64,000 nt of DNA, taken from assembly GCA_963771465.1 (NCBI GenBank), contig CAVYTU010000009.1, forward strand, positions 1-64,000, in the 5' to 3' direction. Positions 30,199 to 40,851 of the stretch are shown in pieces. Below the pieces are notes generated by a model, which saw only the letters and a program-made list of their open reading frames with translations, had not been told where the DNA came from and searched no databases. A program made the translations under genes and the position numbers. Every line of letters starts with the position of its first letter. Within the stretch, counting starts at the first letter, position 1. The stretch comes from an uncultured delta proteobacterium. Its GTDB lineage: Bacteria; Desulfobacterota; Binatia; UBA9968.

Positions 30199-30199
<1 letters not shown>

Positions 30200-30387
30200 T
30201 ACGTGCTCCTGAGCGGGCTAACTTGGAGTTCAGCCGGCGCGGCGTATGGCGCGTCCGCTGCAAACGACGGGTTGGGCGGCGCCTCGTGTGGAGGTGTGAT
30301 GCCCCGATGACTTTCAAAGAAGGCTCCGTAGTGGCTGGCTCGCAAGAAGGGCTCGTCGTCGATGCCAATGGCGGTCGCATGGATCAT
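30199..30387 (-). pseudogene. Internally deleted response regulator remnant (FixJ-like)
   Basis: ATGA-coupled to the kinase, starts MIHATAIGIDDEP, and is only ~62 aa. Confidence 0.4.
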
Positions 30388-32480
30388 GTTTCCTCCTTGG
30401 CCAGAGGCAGCGCGACATAGAATGCGGCGCCGCGCTCGGCCCTGCGCTCCGCCCACAGGCTCCCGCCGTGCGAGGCCACCAGTGTCCGGCAGATCGCGAG
30501 GCCCATACCCAAGCCGGCATCCTTGGTAGTATGGAACGGCTGAAACAGGGTCTCAACGTCGTCCGGCAAACCGACTCCGCAGTCCAGCACGCCGATGCGC
30601 ATCTCGTTCTGGACGATGGAAGTCGTGAGCGTCAGCTTGCGGTCTTCCGGTGCATTCGATTCCATGGCATCGCACGCGTTCACGATCAGGTTGAGAAGGA
30701 TCTGCTGGAGTTGCACGCGATCCGTCATGGCCGGGGGAAGGTCACCGGCGGTGAGATTCGAGACGGACACACCGCGCGCCATGAGATCGCTGCGCGTGAG
30801 GCGGAGCAGTTCTTCGAGACTCTCCTTCACACTCACCGGCTGGAGCGTGACCTCGCCTCGGCGCACCATGGTGCGCAGGCGCTTGATAATCTCTCCGGCG
30901 CGGCAGTCCTCGCTGACGATGTCCGCGAGGATGGCGCGAAGCTCGACGAGGTCGGGCGGGTCCTGCGACATAAAGCGCTGGCCCGCTTGCGCATTGCTGA
31001 GGATGCTGGTGAGCGGCTGGTTCAACTCATGCGCGAGGGAACCCGAGAGCGCGCTCAGGGCGGCCACCCGGGAAAGATGCGCCAATTCCTCCCGAAGCTG
31101 CTGCGCCTCCGTCCCAGCCTGCTTTTGGCGCGTGATGTCCATCGAAACACCGAGTATTCGTGGAGGTGCGTTATTTACGGGGGAGCTCGAGTAGCGGCCG
31201 CGCGCGGCGATCCATCGCACCGAGCCATCGGGCAGAATGATGCGATACTCCGCCTCATAAGAACCGCGAGTCTCCAGCGCGCGCTGGATCGCCGTCGCAC
31301 GCACCGCGCTATCGTCGGGATGGACGAGTCCGGCCAGGTTGGCATATCGAAGGGGTTCCCCCGGCTCGAAGCCGAAGAACTTCCGTCCTTCTTGCGTTAT
31401 CCAGACCGTGTCGTTAACCACGTCCCAATCCCACAGCACCAACTGCGCGCTCTCCACCGCCAGACTCATGCGCTCTTCGCTGACGCGCAACGCCTCCTTC
31501 GACCGTCTTTCGTCATTGATGGCGACGGCGAGCAACATCAGTGGAGTGGCCGCCATCAGGAGGAACAACTGCAGCTCCAGTGCGTTTTCCGCGGGGGTTT
31601 GCGTCAGGAACGGCCCACGCCCCTGCATCGTTCCCCAGATCGCCAGGATCGTGATGACCAGCATGGAGGTGCTAATTCCTCCAAGCCCAAAGCGGAGGGC
31701 CGCCCAGATGAGCAGGGGAATGGGTGAATAGAGGAGCGCGGGCGAAGTGTCCGGTCCCGCAGGCGACTGATAGAATGCAACGTATCCTATCGCGAGGAGG
31801 CCCACGGCAAGGAAGCATACTTCGAGAATGCGCTTGGGTGCGGCTTTGAACTCTTTTGTGAACCGTTGGTGGACGCCAATCAGGATGGCCGGCACCAGCA
31901 CGATCGCCGTCACTCCATTCGAGATGCTGAGGTTGCGCCATTCGACCCAGTAGGAAGTTCCAAAGTCATTGGAGACGGTGAATGCGGCGCCCCAGAAGGC
32001 AGTCCCGAACGGGAACGATGACTCACAGCAATCAGAGACAAAAATGACGGCTTCACGAAGGTTGATGAGATCGAACCGTGACTTGATGAACAAGCGAATC
32101 CCGGCGGCCGTCAAAATATTCTGCACGGCATCGAAAACCTCGCAGTGCAGTGCATAGAGAGGCGGCCAATGCGCCTGCTGCGTGGCGAAGTAGTGACTGC
32201 ATGCGGCGGCCAGCGTGTAGGCCCACCAGTGCCGGGTGGGGACGAGCAGCAGAATGGAAATAAGGACCGCGTGCGGAGGAAAAAAAAGCGATACTTTGCT
32301 GTCGGGAAAAGTCAGCACCCAGGCGGTTCGCGTCGACAAATAGTAGCAAGCGCCAGTGGCCAGAATCCCGAATACCGTGCCGAGAGAGTACCCAGGTTGC
32401 TCATCAGGCCGGGTGTCAGCGCGGAATTCCAGGTCGGCACTCGCTTGTGCTTGCCGCATTGCCTCCATCATTCGAGCCAT
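30384..32480 (-). CDS. MASE1-PAS sensor histidine kinase (FixL-like)
   Basis: MASE1 (WAALRFG), PAS/PAC, H-box LAHELNQPL, NL..NA.DA, D.G.G, GLGMGLAIC. Confidence 0.92.
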   Translation of the reverse strand: MARMMEAMRQAQASADLEFRADTRPDEQPGYSLGTVFGILATGACYYLSTRTAWVLTFPDSKVSLFFPPHAVLISILLLVPTRHWWAYTLAAACSHYFATQQAHWPPLYALHCEVFDAVQNILTAAGIRLFIKSRFDLINLREAVIFVSDCCESSFPFGTAFWGAAFTVSNDFGTSYWVEWRNLSISNGVTAIVLVPAILIGVHQRFTKEFKAAPKRILEVCFLAVGLLAIGYVAFYQSPAGPDTSPALLYSPIPLLIWAALRFGLGGISTSMLVITILAIWGTMQGRGPFLTQTPAENALELQLFLLMAATPLMLLAVAINDERRSKEALRVSEERMSLAVESAQLVLWDWDVVNDTVWITQEGRKFFGFEPGEPLRYANLAGLVHPDDSAVRATAIQRALETRGSYEAEYRIILPDGSVRWIAARGRYSSSPVNNAPPRILGVSMDITRQKQAGTEAQQLREELAHLSRVAALSALSGSLAHELNQPLTSILSNAQAGQRFMSQDPPDLVELRAILADIVSEDCRAGEIIKRLRTMVRRGEVTLQPVSVKESLEELLRLTRSDLMARGVSVSNLTAGDLPPAMTDRVQLQQILLNLIVNACDAMESNAPEDRKLTLTTSIVQNEMRIGVLDCGVGLPDDVETLFQPFHTTKDAGLGMGLAICRTLVASHGGSLWAERRAERGAAFYVALPLAKEET

Positions 32481-32813
32481 TCGATCGGTATTACGCTATT
32501 TAGCCGCCCAACTATTAAGTGAACCGCCGACTCGTCCGGCGGGATATCCTGGACCTCATAAATATTTAGGAGTCATATCAGCTGCAATATCCATTAACTC
32601 GCTTCACCTTGCAATCATTTCGGGGGCAAACGCTGCTCATGCGGCGGGTTATCCAGATATCAGCCCGCGGTATAGCTCGGCAAACTCGCCACGCATATCA
32701 GAGGATTGAACAGTACGACGCTACGGTTCAAACCCATTGGCGGGTTGAGAGTAGCGGTACGCCAGAGTCAGCTTGACCCGCTTGCAGCGATAGTTCCTGC
32801 CCGTTAACGTTAA

Positions 32814-33300
32814 TTGGTTATGCTCTCGAAAGAAGTTGCTACAGCGCTCCCACTGAAGCCGGTATTCATCGAACCAATGCTTGCCTCACCCGTGCGCGAG
32901 CTGCCCGGCGGCGCCGCCTGGAGCTATGAGGCCAAACTTGACGGCTACCGATGCCTTGCGGCGCGGAGCAGCAGCGGCGTTGTGCTTTGGTCGAGGCGCG
33001 GCAATCTGTTCACGGCGCGCTTCCCGGAGATCGCCCGCGCTTGCCAGGCAATGCCCACTGAGACGATGATTGATGGCGAAGTCGACGCCATCGACGCTGA
33101 CGGGCGAATGTCGTTCAACGCGCTCCAACACAGCCGCTCGCGGACGCAGCTTCAGTTCTATGCGTTCGACGTACTGGTTCATCGTGGGCGCAGCACATTC
33201 CGGCTACCGCTAGAAGAGCGGCGGACGTTGCTCGTGAACGCGCTGGCAAAGGTTTAGTACCTGGTGATCCGCTCGACGCCATTTGACGCTAAGCCCGCGG
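32814..33300 (+). pseudogene. ATP-dependent DNA ligase (LigD ligase domain), truncated
   Basis: IEPMLA, YEAKLDGYR, WSRRG, IDGE, FYAFD, PLEERR. Stop at 33255-33257 and cut at 33300. Confidence 0.88.
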
Positions 33301-33592
33301 AGACGAACCCGGCGAGACGCGCTTTAGGCCACGACGCTAAGGTGTAGGACTCAGTCCTTTTTCGCTTCGCCCTTGCCCATCACCATGTTGACACACTGCC
33401 TTTGAGTGAACCATATTTCGACGGCGTCGAAGTCGCGCCTTTTGGAGTCTAGATAATGTGTGCAAACTTCTTCAGCGCGCATTTCAAGTCGGTATGCCCG
33501 CCACGTCTGCCACGTATACAACACAGACGCGACAGACACGGAGATAATTCCTATGGTGACTACGATTTGAAACCAGAGTTTCATTGTCGCTC
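33301..33592 (-). repeat. Inverted ~290-bp duplicate of 22350-22639, ending in the 21-bp repeat
   Basis: High nucleotide similarity across the whole ORF and trailer. Confidence 0.9.
33351..33584 (-). CDS. Small single-TM hypothetical protein (copy 2)
   Basis: Differs from 22358-22603 at only a few residues. Confidence 0.75.
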   Translation of the reverse strand: MKLWFQIVVTIGIISVSVASVLYTWQTWRAYRLEMRAEEVCTHYLDSKRRDFDAVEIWFTQRQCVNMVMGKGEAKKD

Positions 33593-33960
33593 TATTCGAC
33601 CAGCACTAATTGGGTTTACTTCCACCTTTTGTCAGGAATTTCCACGCACTCCGAAACGTCCCGATGAAATTCATCCAACCGGCAACATTATTTCCAACTC
33701 TGGCAGATTCGCTTGGCGTTTGGCAAACCCGTCAATAGTTGGCTCAACTGTATTGCCTTATAGCGAAAACCGCCTTTACGATAAACATCGCTCGCCTGAC
33801 CTGCCAAAATCGAAGAATTTCATTCATGCACACTGGCAACACGACGCAACCCGCATACGGACCCCGACGCAACGTAGCCGATCTCTTAGGGTGAGGTCGG
33901 CGCGGCAAACTCAGGACCTCCATTAACCCTGCGGAAAATAAACGGATCTCACCGTAAGTG

Positions 33961-33990
33961 CAGGACAGAATAGGACAAGATAGGACAGCG
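33961..33990 (+). repeat. Three 10-bp-period direct repeats before a TTGACA hexamer
   Basis: CAGGACAGAA-TAGGACAAGA-TAGGACAGCG; TTGACA at 33996-34001. Confidence 0.6.
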
Positions 33991-34224
33991 CGGACTTGAC
34001 ATACGTTGCATGAACCTGAGAAAGGGTTGTGTAAGATTCACGCCGCGACGCCCTAGGAGTGCTTGCAGCTGTGGCACATCCCTCAAAGCCGACCCAGGAA
34101 ATCGAAGGCCGAAGCGACTAAATCTTGGAAGGATCATGAAGCGTAAAGAACTACTCGGCAGAAAGCCTGAAGTTGTAGAACCCGATATTGGCGAACTGCT
34201 TTCGTTTTGGACGGGAGTGTTTTG

Positions 34225-34542
34225 ATGGGCATCCATAAGCTGCTTCATTACACCTTGGACGAGAACAAGATGCCGGTTCCCTGTGACGACCCGATGGAGT
34301 GGTCCATTTGGTACCATTTTGCAGACAAGCATGTCGCTAAGGATTGGGTCGGGCCGGTGATGGTCTCGACTGTGTTCTTGGGGTTGGACTTTGGCTTCGG
34401 GTTATGGGAAACGAACGTACTGGGAGGCCGGATGGACCGCTACCAAGCCCGTAGCGATGGGCGACTCGCGGAGGCCTTGAAGATGCATGAGCGAATACTC
34501 GAGCTGGTAAAACTAGCAGAAGAGGTCATCAGAGAACTATAG
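34225..34542 (+). CDS. Phage-type hypothetical protein
   Basis: VSTVFLGLD..G, WET.V.GG..D.YQ.R, EA...H pattern recalled from small phage proteins. Confidence 0.65.
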   Translation: MGIHKLLHYTLDENKMPVPCDDPMEWSIWYHFADKHVAKDWVGPVMVSTVFLGLDFGFGLWETNVLGGRMDRYQARSDGRLAEALKMHERILELVKLAEEVIREL

Positions 34543-35385
34543 GGATGACGGCCTGCGGCGTCTTTTTGGAAAGGACGCATGCGAAAAACTCTGTAGGATT
34601 GTCGATCCCGACCGCGGAAGGGAGCAGCGAGCGCTGCACCGTCCATGATCTCCCGTGCGATCGCGGCGAACTCTCGGAGAGTGACGGGGTGAATTTTTGC
34701 CGTTGACTACGCGGACGTTGTTGGACTAGTCTCCCGATTGCAAGTAGTTTTCTCCCTCCAGCTTCGCGCCGTCGACAGTGCCCGCTGCCGGCGGCGCGTT
34801 TTTACTTCATGTCACCGGGTTTTCGTTTTGCGAGGATCTGCACCAAAGCCGAATAGGTGCGCGCCGACTTTGTCGCCACTGGCCGTTGCGACGCGGTGGT
34901 AAAATTCCACCGAAGGGCGCCGGTTCATCATTGTTCGATTCTCGCATGATTGTTGTGACGTACGGGTTAGCGTCTTGACGCTCTTTGACCGCCAATAAAA
35001 AGCGGCGCCACAAAGCGCAGCATGCGCGGCGACGGCACAATCGAGAGCTCGCAGGGAGTGGGTTGACTGGACGTGCTCTATGATAAAGAGCGCTGCAAAC
35101 GAGTAAAATCAATTCGAAACTTGGGTAGGTGAGACCGTTTCCATCGCTGATGTGCAACGCAACGTCTTATTAATCTTGCAAAAGTTGTAATGGAAAGTTT
35201 AGAGCGCCAGCTTAGCTGAAACGACTACCTAAATGACGCCAGTGTCGAGTTTCCCTATCCTCGTATGGAGTAGTGGCCGAGGTCGCAATCTCTCAGGTTG
35301 CGTGTCGTTGAAAGCCGCTTCGAATCCAGCCGACTGACCAGCCAGCCACCGAAGCGCGTGCAGATTGCATAGTTAACTAGAAATT

Positions 35386-35832
35386 CTATGTACCCAGGAT
35401 TGCCTCGCGCAGTTCCCGAATTCTGCGCAACAGAAAGTACCAAAGCCAAGGCACAGCTGGGAGTCCAACAACTACTGCTGCGACCAGATAGAGCCAAGAG
35501 TTAGCTTGTGCCAGTTGATACTCACGATAAAGCGAAAACTAGTTGCTGCTGAACGTTCTTGGCTTTTGGATTTTTCAGGTCAAACGCAACTTGGTCAAAT
35601 CTATCCCCTCTCTGAAGCGAGGAAGTTCTCCTACTTCGACTGGGAGTCGTTCAAGATCTTCGGCATTACAGAGCAGTTTCCCCTCTGCAATCTCTCTTTT
35701 GCCTTCTGCAACGCACTCCTCTTGAATCTGTCTAACTTGATTTTCTAGCCGTCGATTGGAAATAGGTTGAGCGCTGGCGATAATGCCAGCACATAAAAGC
35801 CCTCCGAGAAGAATCTTAGTTGGTTTTTCCAT
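35386..35832 (-). pseudogene. Disrupted membrane protein
   Basis: N-terminal TM ORF 35575-35832 plus a downstream TM/tail segment VPWLWYFLLRRIRELREAILGT-stop. Confidence 0.45.
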
Positions 35833-36010
35833 GCCTAATTGATATTAGCAATTCTTCGAGTCTCCCAATTATTTTTTGAGTCCGTACTCTTCTTCAAGCT
35901 CTTTGCGGCGCTCTGGAAATATACCCCCCGCTGATCCACCGGCGCCTTGAACTTTCTCCCAGTTCGCCTTCTTGGCAGGATCGCCGCCTTTGAAGCGATA
36001 GCCGTTGGGT

Positions 36011-36064
36011 TGCGAAATAGGCGAAATAAGCGAATTTACCCTCCCTAAATTCGCATAATTCGCA
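36011..36064. repeat. Iteron-like direct and inverted GCGAA repeats
   Basis: TGCGAAATAG-GCGAAATAA-GCGAATTTA-ccctccc-TAAATTCGC-ATAATTCGCA. Confidence 0.6.
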
Positions 36065-36267
36065 CGGCAGGGATTCAAATGAGCTATCTAGCGTTGGCAA
36101 AAAAAGTTGAAGCGCGGATAATGAATTATCAAACTGCGGAACCCCCCATTCCTTCAGAAGATGACGTATTTTTCGTCACGCGATAGTCAATCCTATTCCT
36201 GGAAAAAACATCTGTGATACTTTGGTGTTAGAACGGCGAGTCAACAGCAAACAACAACTAAGGCGCT

Positions 36268-36477
36268 TCACGAAGTTGATCCTTTCCCGTTCGTCGTGCC
36301 GGTCCCCTGAAAGTTCACGCCGATAACTTTAACCAGCCAAGCCGGCTCGACTGCCTTCTCCAGGAAATCGAGCGCTTCATAAAGCTTCGGGCCGCGATCC
36401 AAGTCGTCAAACGTAATTGTGAAGGCTACAGAGCTTTCGTCGTCGTGGGATTGGAGAGAAATAATTTTTAGGGTCAT
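36268..36477 (-). CDS. Hypothetical protein (LKIIxLQSH..FDDLDRG family)
   Basis: GGAGG RBS; homologous to 24334-24720. Confidence 0.65.
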   Translation of the reverse strand: MTLKIISLQSHDDESSVAFTITFDDLDRGPKLYEALDFLEKAVEPAWLVKVIGVNFQGTGTTNGKGSTS

Positions 36478-36689
36478 ACAGCGCCTCCCGGGTGTGAGAA
36501 AAAATTTCCCATATATGCAGCGCGGTTTTCAAGCGATAACCCTAAATTACCTGGTCTTGACTTATTATCACATTTTCACATATAGCAGCGACCATGAAAC
36601 AACTTACATTTATTTGCAACTGGTGCCTTGGCTGTACTGTTGTTCGCTGTTAATGTCCAGCGATATTGATCGACCGGGGCTAGTTTGCT

Positions 36690-36905
36690 GTGATTACAAC
36701 CCTCGCGGTGCTATTAGGGTTTGTTTTAGGTGGCGCTTCAACGCTCATCGTGCTCTTGTTCGCCGCGGTCATAATCGAAGACGACGAAAAGCAAAAAAGA
36801 GCGACGCGTAGCGCTGTTGCAGTAACAGACCGACAGGGAATTAACGAATTGTCGAAAACCGGCATCATTGCATTTTCTTCTTCCGACGACGTGACATATC
36901 ACTGA
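36690..36905 (+). CDS. Small membrane protein
   Basis: N-terminal hydrophobic helix. Confidence 0.45.
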   Translation: MITTLAVLLGFVLGGASTLIVLLFAAVIIEDDEKQKRATRSAVAVTDRQGINELSKTGIIAFSSSDDVTYH

Positions 36906-37095
36906 AACGGAAACTCGCGCAAACCGTCGCGCTGGCAAAACTACTGATCGAAAAGGGCGCTATCACGAAGCAGGAGCTTCTAGAGACGATCGCCGAAGAG
37001 CGGGCGGCGTACCAGCGGCTTTTGAAGGCAATGGAACATTGAGGCTCATCTCGGTCGAGGAAAATATAATTCGCATGACCGTAGCGCTTCCAACG

Positions 37096-37616
37096 CTACC
37101 TGCGCAAGCGGCGCACGCCGAGCAAACCGATAAGGCCCGCGCCCAATAGCAAGATTCAAGCGGGCTCGGGCACCGCTGCCAACGAATCGCCTTGGGCGCA
37201 CGGCCCAACCGTAGAAGCCGAGGCCCTTGGGGAATACGTCTTGGAGGCCGAGGTCAGAAGAAGAAGAAGACGTCCTCGGCATCAAATCCGTACCCGACCA
37301 GTAGACGGACTGAATGTCCTCAAACGGAGAGATATTACCGGTCTTGTAAGGCCCACCTGGTAGTTGCCCGTACAGGTCTACCAGCTCACCGATACTCATC
37401 AATCTAAAATCATCGAATCGCGCCAGCGTAAGGGTGGCAGCGAAGGTGTTTTGACATCCCAATTATTTAGCCCTGATCTATCCGCGTCTTTGGTCCAGGA
37501 GATATTGTTCGTGCTGTCAAAAATCAGCCCATTGCCCCGTCGATCAATATCGCTTGAGCATTAACAGCGAACAACAGTACAGACAAGGCGCTAGCTACAA
37601 AAGTTGTGGATTTAAT
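37096..37616 (-). pseudogene. DUF1566/Lcl-like protein with a PEP-CTERM sorting signal, disrupted
   Basis: Signal peptide ..NAQA, D..NNISW..DA, FRL....EL..L, YWSGT, WAVR, then VPEPA*ILLLGAGLIGLLGVRRLRR-stop. Confidence 0.75.
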
Positions 37617-37854
37617 GGACAGAGTTTTACAAAAAACTCGATCATGCGTCAAGACGAGTGTGATCAGGTGTCCTATGGCTCTAACTGAACCACTACCGAA
37701 TTGTGACAACCGTCACTCTATAATCGTTCCCCTTTTACTACACTTCGTGCATCGCTCGGGCGTGAGTCCTAGTTCGATTGATTTTTGTCGTTACCGCTAA
37801 TATTTTGTTATCTAAAGCTTGGTCAAATAGCCTGCAAGCATCCTGTCAATTAAC

Positions 37855-38115
37855 ATGCCAAAAATAACAACTGATGGGCTCGCTGCAATTCGTGGTAAGT
37901 TGTTTCTAAGCGCTATCGTTTCACTAGCGCTTACCTTCGCCGCTTGCAGTTCTGCGCAACCGCCGATGGCGATTAAAATGTATCACCCCGAAACCAAACA
38001 AACCCTCGACTGTTCGGCCCGCAGCACCTCGGGGGAATATTCTTCGATGCTCGCAAACGCAGCTGAAACCTGCGCGCGCCAGCTCGAAAACAAAGGCTTC
38101 GTGCGCCAAAAATAA
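37855..38115 (+). CDS. Small hypothetical lipoprotein
   Basis: FAAC lipobox, HP.T..T..C...C...LE..GFVR. Confidence 0.7.
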   Translation: MPKITTDGLAAIRGKLFLSAIVSLALTFAACSSAQPPMAIKMYHPETKQTLDCSARSTSGEYSSMLANAAETCARQLENKGFVRQK

Positions 38116-38195
38116 CGCAGTCGGGAACTCTCACCTTGACATTCATGGGAGCGTTGCTTAGCTTGGACCTCTAAGGTCTTCAATGAGGAGGAGTG

Positions 38196-39365
38196 ATGGC
38201 CAAAAGTTTTCAAGAGATTATGGCCGATGCGCGTAAGCAGATTCCCGAGGTAACCGCGCAGCAAGTCAACGAATTGTTAAAAAATAACGGTAAGTCGCCG
38301 GTGGTGCTTGATGTGCGTGAAAGCGATGAGTGGCGCCAGGGACATCTGGAAGGCGCCATCCCGTTGCCGCGCGGTTTTCTAGAAATTAAAGTCGAAAGCG
38401 CGTTGCCGGATAAGAACGCGCCGATCATCGCCTATTGCGCCGGCGGTGTGCGTTCATTGCTCGCGGCAAAAGCCATGAAAGAGATGGGCTATCAGGATGT
38501 TTCGTCCATGGCCGGCGGTTACGCCGCGTGGAAAAACGGTGGCTTCAAGTGGGTGCAAGATTTTCAGTACACGCCGGAACAGTTGATCCGTTACAGCCGC
38601 CATTTTCTTCTACCCGAAGTTGGCGAAGACGGTCAGGCGAAACTGTTGCAAGCCAAAGTGCTATTGGTCGGCGCCGGCGGACTCGGCTCGCCCGCCGCTT
38701 ATTATTTAGCGGCAGCTGGTGTTGGTACATTGGGAATTATCGATAACGACGTTGTCGATATTTCAAACCTACAGCGGCAGATTCTTCACGCCAACGATCG
38801 CGTCGGCATGCCGAAAGTCGAATCGGCGAAAAAAACCCTCGAGGGGCTTAATCCCGACGTCAAGGTGATTCCTTATCAAGCCAAACTTACGTCTGAAAAT
38901 ATCATGGAGATCATCAAGGACTACGATCTCATCATCGATGGTTGCGATAATTTTCCGACGCGCTATTTAGTTAACGACGCCTGCGTGCTCACCGGCAAAC
39001 CCAACGTCCACGGCAGCATCTTTCAGTTCGAGGGCCAGGCAACGGTTTTCTATCCAGGCAAAGGCCCCTGCTATCGTTGCCTCTATCCGGAACCGCCACC
39101 GGCTGAAATGGCGCCAAGCTGCGCCGAGGCGGGCGTCTTGGGCGTATTGCCGGGATTGATCGGCGTCATCGAGGCGCTTGAAGCGGTGAAGTTGATTCTC
39201 GGCAAAGGCGACAGCCTGGTTGGCAGATTGCTGCACTTCAACACGCTGACCATGGAGATCAATACGTTGAAACTACGGCGCGATCCGAACTGCCCAATGT
39301 GCGGCGACAACCCGACGATCCATGAATTGATCGACTACGAGGAGTTCTGCAGCTTGCGTCACTAA
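38196..39365 (+). CDS. moeB: Rhodanese + ThiF/MoeB adenylyltransferase
   Basis: N-terminal rhodanese (DVRE, CAGGVRS), RYSRH, GAGGLG, SNLQRQ, CYRC, CPMC. Confidence 0.92.
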   Translation: MAKSFQEIMADARKQIPEVTAQQVNELLKNNGKSPVVLDVRESDEWRQGHLEGAIPLPRGFLEIKVESALPDKNAPIIAYCAGGVRSLLAAKAMKEMGYQDVSSMAGGYAAWKNGGFKWVQDFQYTPEQLIRYSRHFLLPEVGEDGQAKLLQAKVLLVGAGGLGSPAAYYLAAAGVGTLGIIDNDVVDISNLQRQILHANDRVGMPKVESAKKTLEGLNPDVKVIPYQAKLTSENIMEIIKDYDLIIDGCDNFPTRYLVNDACVLTGKPNVHGSIFQFEGQATVFYPGKGPCYRCLYPEPPPAEMAPSCAEAGVLGVLPGLIGVIEALEAVKLILGKGDSLVGRLLHFNTLTMEINTLKLRRDPNCPMCGDNPTIHELIDYEEFCSLRH

Positions 39366-39433
39366 ACGATTGCGAATGACAGCATTACGAGCGATGGGAA
39401 GAAGCTAGATTCTTACTCCGCTCGCAATAGCGA

Positions 39434-40258
39434 TCAGGTTCTAGAGAATCGCGATGAGGGACGGCTACGATGGCCGCCCCTTTTTTTTGGCGCCGCGAAA
39501 GCGCGTTGGCGTGCCGCGCCAGGACGTTCCTTGGCGAGTCCCACGGCGACTTGCAACGTTTTAATTTCGCTTTGGGTCAACGGCCGGAGCTCTCCCAGCG
39601 GCAGGTGGCCCAACTCGATGGTTCCCACCCTGATGCGAATCAGTTTCTCGACGAAGTAACCAAGTGCTTCGAACATGCGGCGCACTTCGCGTTTGCGCCC
39701 TTCGTGTATTTCGATCTCGACCCAAGCGTTCGTCTTAAGTTTTTCTACCACACGGGCGCGCGCTGGCGCGGTCATACCGTCTTCTAAACGAATACCTTCA
39801 CGCAAGCGGGCAAAATCGTCTGGCGTCGGACAACTGCTGAGCTTCACTCTATAAACTTTGCTCACCCCGAAGCGGGGATGAGATAGGCGGAGCGCCAAAT
39901 CACCGTCGTTGGTGAGGAGCAAAAGCCCAGTCGTATTGTAATCGAGCCGGCCGACGGGAAAGACCCGGCGTTTCTCGCCGAGCCTGGCGATATAAGGCGT
40001 AATATCTGGCCGATGTTGCGGGTCGTTCAACGTGGTGATCACGCCGGGCGGTTTATGAAAGGCGTAGTAAAGCGGCGCGACGGCGGTTTTTATCCGCTTG
40101 CCGTCGACTTTGATGCTGTCTTTGAATGGATCGGCCTGGGAGCCCAGTTTTGAGATAACCGTGCCGTTAACCGTGATCCGCCCTTCTTCGATCCACCGTT
40201 CTGCCTCGCGGCGCGAAGCCAAGCCGGCGCGGGCGATTATTTTTTGCAGCCGTTCCAT
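39434..40258 (-). CDS. rluB: 23S rRNA pseudouridine synthase (RluB/RsuA family)
   Basis: S4 domain RLQK..SRR, KP.G, VGRLD, EGRKREVRRM; downstream of scpAB. Confidence 0.9.
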   Translation of the reverse strand: MERLQKIIARAGLASRREAERWIEEGRITVNGTVISKLGSQADPFKDSIKVDGKRIKTAVAPLYYAFHKPPGVITTLNDPQHRPDITPYIARLGEKRRVFPVGRLDYNTTGLLLLTNDGDLALRLSHPRFGVSKVYRVKLSSCPTPDDFARLREGIRLEDGMTAPARARVVEKLKTNAWVEIEIHEGRKREVRRMFEALGYFVEKLIRIRVGTIELGHLPLGELRPLTQSEIKTLQVAVGLAKERPGAARQRAFAAPKKRGGHRSRPSSRFSRT

Positions 40259-40266
40259 CTCGACCG

Positions 40267-40851
40267 CTACTTTTCCTCGAGCTGTTCGAGGGAAATGATG
40301 TCGCCGGGAATCTCCGGCAGGGAGATTTCATCCATCTCTTTGAGCGTCGGCAAATGAGTCAAGTCTTTAAGATTAAAGAGCTGCAAAAACTCCGGCGTCG
40401 TGCCGTAGAGAAACGGCCGTCCGGGTACGTCTTTGCGCGCCACGGCGCGGATCAGATTGCGCTCGAGCAGTGTCGCGATCACGCCGTCGACATCGACGCC
40501 ACGGATCGCTTCGATCTCGGCTTTGGTGATCGGTTGGCGATAAGCGATGATCGCCAGGGTTTCGAGGGTCGCCCTGCCCATGCGCGCCGGACGTCCGCCG
40601 AGAAATTTCTTTACCCAGTCGGCATTGGCCTTCGCCGTGCGCAGTTGATAACCGCCGCCCACTTCGACCAATCGAACACCGCGCCGCTGGGCTTCCCATT
40701 CGGCCTGGAGTTCGGACAAAACGGCTTGAATCGTATCCTTGTCGACGCCCTCCAAGACTTCCGCGAAGCGCTGTAACGTTTGCGGCCCGTCGGCGACGAA
40801 CAGAAGACTTTCGACGATCGACTTTACGTCCTCACGTTCCATGCGGTTCAT
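40267..40851 (-). CDS. scpB: SMC-Scp complex subunit ScpB
   Basis: LETLAIIAYRQPITKAEIEAIRGV, PGRP.LYGTT..FL..F.L. Confidence 0.95.
   Translation of the reverse strand: MNRMEREDVKSIVESLLFVADGPQTLQRFAEVLEGVDKDTIQAVLSELQAEWEAQRRGVRLVEVGGGYQLRTAKANADWVKKFLGGRPARMGRATLETLAIIAYRQPITKAEIEAIRGVDVDGVIATLLERNLIRAVARKDVPGRPFLYGTTPEFLQLFNLKDLTHLPTLKEMDEISLPEIPGDIISLEQLEEK

Noticed and set aside
37833-37848. Sigma54-like TGACAGGATGCTTGCA upstream of the PEP-CTERM remnant
   Set aside because: The invariant GG at -24 is broken.
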